Below are positions 55,761-64,000 of a stretch of 64,000 nucleotides of DNA, in pieces. Below the pieces are notes generated by a model. That model saw only the letters and a program-made list of their open reading frames with translations. It was not told where the DNA came from and searched no databases. The translations under genes were made by a program, and so were the position numbers. How positions within the stretch are numbered: the stretch's first letter is position 1; each line of letters starts with the position of its first letter. Where the stretch lies: NCBI RefSeq assembly GCF_009914755.1, contig NC_060934.1. One strand, 5' to 3'. This stretch comes from the human T2T-CHM13v2.0 reference genome, Homo sapiens.

Positions 55761-57059
55761 GTTTTTGGATGCATTTGTTTATTAGGAGCTTACTCCTCAA
55801 TACTGAATGCCATTCCTAGAGTTTTCAAACTGGCCTGGCACAGAAGCAGACATCTCTAAATTCTTCATGCCATAAATCATTGGTGGACCTTGGATTTCTT
55901 GCTAATTCCAGATTTAAGATTATTTAGAAAAAGCACATTCATACTCCCAGCTATTTTACATAGTTATATGTGGATTTTCATATAACAGAATGTTGAACTT
56001 AAAGTTTAAACCCAGGCACCAAAGTACTCAAGATGTTGCTGATAAAGTGAAGTATATCAGACCAGAAAGCAGGATTTGAAAATAAGTGGCTGATAACCGA
56101 TTGCCTGAGTCATGGTAACTTTACATAGTAAATTCTGACACAAATCTAGGTTATAAAGTTTGAGAGAATGGAAACAAAAATAAGATTTCATGATGAAATT
56201 TGTTTGCAAAAACTGAGATGGTAACTGACTTACCTGGTTCCACCAAGGAAGACAGACAAGTAAGGATACTACCCGCTTCACTTCCAGGCTAGGGACACAG
56301 ATTTCACAGGAACCTCACAGAGAACTTGAGATAAGAGAGAGGCTAAAAAGGGGATTGAGTCCTGTGAAAGTATGTGGAGGGCAGGTAGGAGAGGCTGCCA
56401 AACTGCTTTTCTAGTAGGGAAGCTGGCAAGTTGCTGCTGCTTCTGGGAAGCAGCTTAATTCCCCTGCGTTGGCAGTTCAAAGAGGAATGAGCATCTTCTG
56501 GGAACCAGATGCATACTCTGCAGGAGACAGAGCCAACCTGGAGCTATTTTGTGGTCTTCTCAAAAACACTATGTAAAGAGGTGGTGAAACTCCAAAAGTA
56601 GGAGTTAATGTAGACGTCTACAAACAAGGCATTGGAAACAAGTAGATAGTAGAAGGAGGGCAGGAAATTGCATGTAGCATGCCCAGCAGAGGAGCTTCCA
56701 TATTTCTGCAAAGTATCCAAGACAGTCACTATCGACATTTGCAAGGACCAGAGACCTCAAAGGCATCTTGTGGCACTGTCAGCTCCAAAAAGAACACTCC
56801 CGTCATGGTCAGTTCTCTTGCTTCTATGGAATGATCAATAAAGAGAGACAGACAAACCATGAATCCTTTTTCCACTGCAAGTAGCCAATGTTATTTTTAG
56901 AGATTATTAAAATTTTTAGAACTTGGCATTCTAATTTATGAATTGAGACTATGTTTGTGAAGAAACAAGAGATATTATTGTTATTTAAGAGAGAAGCAGT
57001 CTCATGTAGCCTAACCAATATTGAGACACAATGAGAGTTAAAAACAAAGTCATTTCTAT

Positions 57060-57850
57060 TATTATATACTACGGTGTGTGCTTGTGTGATGTGCTGACAT
57101 TATACACATTCATAAAGAGCAGAGTGAGCAATTGATTTTGTTTGAGGATCCTGGAGAGCAGCAGGAGGGATGTGACATTTGCAGTGGGTCTTGTTGAATA
57201 ATAAAGAAAGAAAGTAAAATGAGCAAACACATGGAGTTTTGAAATTGCGCAGTGTGTTACAGGCAACAAGGAGAATTGTGGAATAGAAGTTACGGTGTGG
57301 ATGAGGAGAAAGGTAAATTGTGGAGAAGGTAGGGTATGGATGAGGAGAAAGACAAATTTGCAAAAGTGGCTTGCAGCTAGTATATTAAAAATATACCATA
57401 TGGATTTATAGCAAAAAAATGAGGTAGTAGGAAGCTATCAAATTCCTACTATCATGGCCTTTTGTAAGAGTATATGTGCTTTAGAAAAGTAATCTTGTCA
57501 GCACACTGAAGGAAAGTTGAAGGGAGAAAGACGAGAGGCAGAGGCAGAGGTGTGTTTGCTAACAGGTGTGGCAGTGCAGTTGAGAGGAGATTCTCACCTG
57601 GAGTAGGGAAGAGGCAGTGGAGGTAGAATTGCCAGACTTGGGGACCAGCAGGAGTTGAGGATAACCAAGAAAGAGTAGCTGAGAGCAACGCTCGGACTGT
57701 GTGGTTTGAGGTCTTCAGCTGGCTCGTGAGACTGCTAAAACAAACTAGTTAAAGCACGAACTTCAGATTTGAGAGGGTGGAAAGTGAAGCCAACTTTTAT
57801 GTTGGTGTCAACTCACCTGTAAGATATCCAAATTCAGGTGTTCAGTAGGT
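57060..57850 (-). mobile_element. L2 remnant
   Basis: Purine-rich antisense L2-like sequence; boundaries approximate. Confidence 0.45.
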
Positions 57851-57858
57851 AATTATAA

Positions 57859-58163
57859 TGGTGGCTTACACCTGTAATCGCAACACTTTGGGAGGGCGAG
57901 GTGGGTGGATCACCTGAGGTCAGGAATTCCAGACTGGCCTGGCCAACATGGCAAAACCCCATCTCTACTAAAAATACAAAACCTAGCTGGCAAAAATTAG
58001 CTGGGTGTGGTGGCACACACCTGTAGTCCCGGCTACTTGGGAGGATGAGGCATGAAAATCGCTTGAACCCAGGAGGCAGAGGTTGCAGTGAGCCACTGAG
58101 TGAGATTGCGCCACTGCACACTAGCCTGGGCAACAGAGTGGGACTCCGTCTCCAAAAAAAAAA
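57859..58163 (+). mobile_element. Alu (AluS) with small internal duplications
   Basis: Dimer; linker duplicated (caaaacctagctggcaaaaattagctgg). Confidence 0.9.
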
Positions 58164-58381
58164 GGGATTTCATCAGTTCAGTGGCTAAGGATTGTTGAAA
58201 AGATTGGTATTCATAGGCCTAGTTTCAGGTAAGGGCATAGAGACAGACACTGAAAATCACATTAGAGGCAATGAAGGGAAGAAAATTTGATAAGCAAGAA
58301 AAAGGTGTGTCAGTGGTGTGAGAGGAAGAGAATGGCATCACAGGAATACAGCAAGAAAAGACATTTTAAAAACAATGTTGG

Positions 58382-58950
58382 CTGCATGTTCTGACTTACA
58401 AGTGGGAGCTAAATGTTGGGTGCACATGGACGTAAAGATGGAAACAATAGACACTGGAGTCTCCAAAAGAGGGAGGGAGAGAGGAGAGTAAGGGCTGAAA
58501 AACTACCTAGTGAGTGCTATGTTCACTATTTGGGTGATGGGATCAATATAAGTCCAAATCACAGCACCACACAATATACTAATTTTAGGTTTTTTTGAGA
58601 CAAGCTCTCCCTCCGTCACCTAGAATGGAGTGCAATTGCACAAACATGGCTTACTGAAGCCTTGAACCCCTGGGCTCAAGCAGTCCTTCCACCAGAATCT
58701 CCCGAGTAGCTGGGACTACCAGTGTGCACTACCACGCCTGGTTAGATTTTTGTTGTTGTTGTTGTTTGTAGAGATGGAGTCTTACTATATTACCCAGGCT
58801 GGCCTCAAACTCCTAAGCTCAAGCAGTCCATCCACCTTGGTCTCCAAAAGTGGTAGGATTACAGTTGTGAGTCACCACACCCAGACAATACACCCATTAA
58901 ACAAACCTGCACATGTACTCCCTAAACCCAAAATAAAATAAAATAAATAA
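58382..58950 (+). mobile_element. L1PB/old L1PA 3' end interrupted by an AluJ
   Basis: gcatgttctgacttacaagtgggagctaaa...acaaacctgcacatgtactccctaaacccaaaataaaa. Confidence 0.8.
58591..58884 (-). mobile_element. Alu (AluJ-type)
   Basis: Antisense Alu with cctgggctcaagcagtcc. Confidence 0.85.
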
Positions 58951-59709
58951 AAATAGTAAGTAAATAAAATAAAAAAACAAAGGGATTCACTCCAGCATTG
59001 AGTCACGGACATAAACCAAATAGAATGAGAACTGGAGAGAGTACACTGTATTTGATTACTAGTCAATCGTGTATGGAGTTTGTCTGAACCATTTAATGGG
59101 GTGTGGGCTCAGGAATCAGGATGTTATGAAGAGTGAATAAAAGGAAACAAATTAAAAGCTGTGAATATAGGCTGAATTACCTAAACTTTCATTGTGGAAT
59201 GGAAGGAGAGTGCTAGATGGTTGTATAGGTGCCAGATTTAGAATGGAAGAGCTGGAAAAATGTGTTATGGTAGAGATTATATGAATATAAACTGCTAGGG
59301 AAGATACAGAGAGTAAAAGCTATTTCAGTGGTGCCCTCTGCAAACTCTGCAGTGATTAAGAGCAGCCCTGTTGGGTGACAGCATTTAATATGTTCTTACA
59401 AAGTATGTTTTCCTGTCTTTGTAACCTTTGGCCAACTTTAATTAATTTAGATCTTGAGATAATACTTGACAATTGTGTAAGAAAAATGGGATAAAGTGAA
59501 ATGCAAATAATCATTCTGCAGCTGATCTGAAATGAAGTGGAAGTGCTTTCTCTTAGACCTCTGTGCCATTTTATTTTGAAATTGTTTTCTTGTACTTATC
59601 TTAGAGACAGAGAGGCTATTGTCCAATTGCAGAGCAGTTATAGTGTGTGTCTTTTTGGTCATTTATGGTTATTCTATTTTACATTTGGTTGTCTATTGAT
59701 TTATATTGA

Positions 59710-59950
59710 GCCAGAGAAAAGGCCCTGGCTGTGATACCAAATAGATCTGAACTTTAAAACCAGTTTTATTACTTCTTAGATGTATGACCTTGACTAAGAA
59801 TTAGCCCCTCTAAGACTCAGTTTCCTCAGCTATAATATGGGGGTAGCACCACCTCCCCTTTCTGAGTTAGTAACGATTTGGGTAAGGTAGCCACCATGGT
59901 ACTTTACTGACAGTGGCTGCTAACTTAGCAAATGGTTAAGTGTTAATACT
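59710..59950 (+). mobile_element. MIR
   Basis: tgtatgaccttgact...ctcagtttcctcagctataatatgggg. Confidence 0.65.
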
Positions 59951-60207
59951 AAATATAATCCAGAATTCCCAAAGAGACAGTTGATGGGGGAAAAGTGTTT
60001 TGCCTCCTCTTGGAAAATCACATACTAATTATTATCTTAAATGTTTGGAGAAGTGGGTGATGGAGGCATCTGCCTATGTAATAAACATTTCAAAATTGGC
60101 AGGCTGTGCTCTGATGTGAAGAAAAGAGGAAGTTTTATAGATTATTAGTTTAGTTTCCATCTCTTATTTTATTTCCCATTACCTTGTATCCTCCTAGGTA
60201 ATACATG

Positions 60208-60238
60208 TGAGTGAGTGTGTGTGTGTGTGTGTGTGTGT
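60208..60238. repeat. (GT)n microsatellite
   Basis: gagtgagtgtgtgt... run of about 12 GT units. Confidence 0.95.
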
Positions 60239-60964
60239 TGTGTAAGGGGGTGTTGGGTGTTAGCAACAAATCTTATTAACAGAAGTTATCTAATTCTCTT
60301 CCATTTAAAAAGTCACTGTCAGGTCAGCTCAGTGTTGCTTGATGAACTAATAAATATTTAGTCAAATTCAAGGTTTAAACTCCTTACCAGGGTCGATTTT
60401 TCTCCTTTGCTAGAGATTTCCTTCAGGAAGGTGTGAAGGAACCACTGCTTCCCATGAGAGTCCTGTGCCATGCTCCAGTTTCACAAAACCTCTGTGTGAT
60501 CACCATCACCTTGCCTGGGCACTGGCATCAGGATGGCATCAGCTGCTCAAGGTCATGGCTGTGAAATCCATGACCTATTTTATCTCATAGTTCCTCGGCA
60601 GCTCCGTTACTAACTTTTATCCTTACAGTAGCTCTTGCTAGCCCTTCAAAAATCCTTGCATTTAGGTCAAGTCTTCTGTTAGATGACCACTGCCATAAAA
60701 ACTCCTTTCCTCCTCGTATTGACCCCAGGGAAAACCTATGGGTGTTAATTCTTAGCCTCCTTCCACCTGCATCCTGGAAGCACACAGAACTTTGAATTTC
60801 TTCCAAGCTACGTGAATGTAGATAGGTAGCAGGGATGTTGCCACTGGTTCTCTCTCTTCCTAAACACATGCCTAGGCTGCTCCCATGTCATGTTTTGGGC
60901 CTATAGTGAGGGGATCCCCTTCCAAAATTCCAAATACAGCTTTTCTTTCAACCTCCTTGGGTTC

Positions 60965-61398
60965 TGATATGGTTTGGATCTGTGTCCTTACAAAATCTGA
61001 GGTTGAATTATAATCCCCAGTGTTGGAGGTGTGGCCTGGTGGAAGGTGATCAGACTGTGGGGGCAGGTTTGTCATGAATGGTTTAGCACTATTCCCCTTG
61101 GTACTGTCCTTACCATGGATAGTGAGTGAGCTCTTGTGAGATCTGGTTGTTTAAAAGTGTATAGCACCTCCCCCTTTGCTCTCTCTCTTGCTCCTACTCC
61201 AGCCATGTGAAGTGCTTGCTCCCCTTTTGCCTTTTGCCATGATTGTAAGTTTCCTGAGGCCTCCTTAGAAGCCAAGCAAATGCCAGCACCATGCTTTCTG
61301 TGCAGCCTGTAGAACCATGAGTCAATTAAACCTTTTTTCTTTATAAATTACTTGGTCTCAAGCATTTCTTTAGAGCAATGTGAGAGCAGATTAACACC
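60965..61398 (+). mobile_element. MSTA-like MaLR solo LTR
   Basis: tgatatggtttggatctgtgtcc...ccatgattgtaagtttcctgaggcctcc...caattaaacctttt; flanks GGTTC/GGGTC. Confidence 0.88.
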
Positions 61399-61776
61399 GG
61401 GTCTTTGCCCCTCTTCCATCCCCTTCTCCTACATTTTAGCAACTAGAGTGATTCTTGTATCTAATCTCTTGCCTCCTTTAGTTAGCCTCCTTGTCTCATT
61501 TCCACCTCCTGGAACCAGAACTTCTCTCCCCTCCATTTCTGATGGGACATACCAAGATATTTATGTCTTATCCTCCTTCCCTCCATTGGGCTTCTATGTT
61601 CTAGGATGGCAACTACTTTTTCTCTAAAGCACTAAAAATAGCTTGGTTCAATTGTCAGAAAGCCATTGGGTGTCAGGATTTAAGAAACTGGATAATTTAT
61701 AATTTTAATTTGATTTTTGATGTTTACTTAACCCAATTTTCCAAAAGTCTATTTATTTATACCATTCCCCCTAAAT

Positions 61777-62455
61777 GTGTATAGTGGTTATTAGGATACT
61801 GATTATTGTCTCTCAGCTCCAAACCCATCTTTCTAAACTAAGCTTTGTGATGTTGAGAATGGACTTCTGCAAATCACATTTCTGTTTTAACAACTGCTTC
61901 CTGGTAGGATCTTCAAATAGGGGGCACTAGAGGGAGACACAGGGATGGAGGAGAGACAGAGGAGACAGGGAGGCACGCTCCTTATCTGCTTCCTGTGAGC
62001 CTTAACCCTGCAATGCTTCTCCACCCTGCCAGGGGAAGTTCCTTCCTGTAGGGGAAGTTCCTTCCTGTAGCAGCTGCTGAAGTCAGTTTGCAGCTTTTCC
62101 AACACTTGTAGAACCAACTCTATTCCATCTCTCTCAGAGACACCAGCACCAACCAGACACTACCTGCTTAGAGGATTGGGCCCAGGCCCAAAGGTCCCCT
62201 CTTTTGAGCTCAGACACCAGCACCAGCAGTCTGAGTTTCACCTCTGCAGTGTCCCTTCTCCAAAGATTTAAAATTTGAATAATTCCCATTTCTTCCCTTT
62301 GTTCCCCAGCTCTAGGGTAGGAACTGCTTACTACGTGTGCTACCTTAATGATGTATAGTTAAAGGCTTTATACCTAATTTACAATTCTGTATGTTAAGTA
62401 TTCTCTGTAAACATTACAGGTATAATTTCCACCTCCTGATTGAACCCAAGCTGAT
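61777..62455. mobile_element. ERVL LTR (LTR41-like)
   Basis: tctcagctccaaacccatc...ctgcaaatcacatttctg...aatagggggcactagagggagac...cctcctgattgaacc; family name from memory. Confidence 0.55.
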
Positions 62456-62774
62456 CTAAACTCCACCAGAATCAGTGTTGTATGAAAGCCATGATGGAAT
62501 GCACCATTGCATGGTTTGTTGGTAAGGCGGTGAGGCTGGTGATGGGAATGGTGACTGTGGTCACGTATGTCTGTGTGGATGCACCCATCGGCCATGTGTG
62601 TTTGGTGAACACACTTGTGCTAAGCAGAGTGATCTCCAGCTCGAGGGGAAGGGGACAGAGGGCCACTGAAGACTCAAATATGCAGGAAAGAAAAATAGGT
62701 GTTAAGGCTAAAACAATTTAACATATTCCTGCCAGATTTTTCCCAAATTCAGTATTTACAGCCAACTCAAATTA

Positions 62775-62920
62775 TGGTCCCTGGACCAAAACCATCAGCA
62801 TCATCTGGGAGCTTGTTAGAAACACAGACTGTCATGCTCCCCGCTAGGTTTGCTAAGTTAGGGTCTTCATGTAACCAGTGATGATTTTATGCACATTAAA
62901 GTTAGACAAACTCTGTACTA
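62775..62920. mobile_element. MER5-type hAT fossil fragment
   Basis: catcagcatcatctgggagcttgttagaa...gattttatgcacattaaagtt. Confidence 0.7.
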
Positions 62921-63195
62921 GAAATGATACATGGATGGGCATGGATGGAACAAGTACTACATCAAGCAAAAATCATATACCTACATTCCATTTCTAATCC
63001 CTAACACTCCTGCTTTTCTGGCTCTCTATATCCCCTCAGAAATAGCCTTCGTTACAAAACTTTCTAAAAATTAGAGATGGTGAAAAGGGACATCTTAGGA
63101 ATCATAGACTTCCTAGGTTAAGCATATTAGACTAAGATGGGGCAGCAATGGAGGAGTCTTTTAGGTGGTGCAATTACTTTAAAAAAGAAAACGGA

Positions 63196-63569
<374 letters not shown>

Positions 63570-64000
63570 TTACTGGGAGAATTAGGGGATAGCAATAGGA
63601 TACAATTGTTCAGGCTAATAGAAGTGCCTGCTAAAAGAACATGGGTGAGGGGGTAACATACCCTCTTGAGCTGTATCTCAGAGGGGGTTGTCCTACAAGG
63701 ATCCAAAAGGGATATGTTGCTGCCTAGGGCTGTTCACATACCTGATCCATCAGTGACACGTCGTCATCAAAAGTGACTCCCTATTCAGGAGCTGAAAATG
63801 TCCCCACAAAAGAAGATTTAAAGATGGGACTTTAAATGTGTAGAAACAGTAGGTTAAGAATCTGGCTTCTATTTTGAGGTAGAGCCAGGGCAGAGGGGTC
63901 ATTTACAAACACTGGACTCTCTTATGCTTCCACAAGGTTGGAGACTTGGGATAACCTCTTACTGAGAAATGCTTCTAGACCTGGGAGGCCCAAGTGGGGG

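Noticed and set aside
56230-56800. Possible old ERVL/LTR fragments (similar hints near 9580-9910 and 35750-36330)
   Set aside because: Too diverged to assign a family or boundaries without a profile search.

Overview
Human genomic DNA: it carries an AluYb8, a human-specific subfamily. The window is gene-poor and dominated by repeats. I found no host protein-coding exon, RNA gene or CRISPR array. Main elements: a full-length, TSD-flanked but inactivated L1PA3 (11901-18036); a complete solo LTR12C/ERV9 LTR with promoter motifs intact and the poly(A) signal mutated (27362-28788); adjacent MLT1A-like and THE1A solo LTRs that share one 5-bp target site (30037-30729); and a ~7.6-kb decayed MER4-group (MER34-like) ERV remnant (38653-46250) hosting a MER30, a near full-length Hsmar1 mariner transposon and five Alus. 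There are also about 20 Alus in total plus MIR, L2, old L1M, MLT/MST LTRs and DNA-transposon fossils. All long ORFs derive from transposons. I see no convincing new biological system. The best leads are a possible LTR12C-driven read-through transcript that could splice into the SETMAR-type acceptor of the Hsmar1 copy, the twice-used LTR target site, and a 41-bp ERV fragment copied 2 kb upstream. Repeat subfamily names come from my recollection of consensus sequences and need RepeatMasker/Dfam confirmation.
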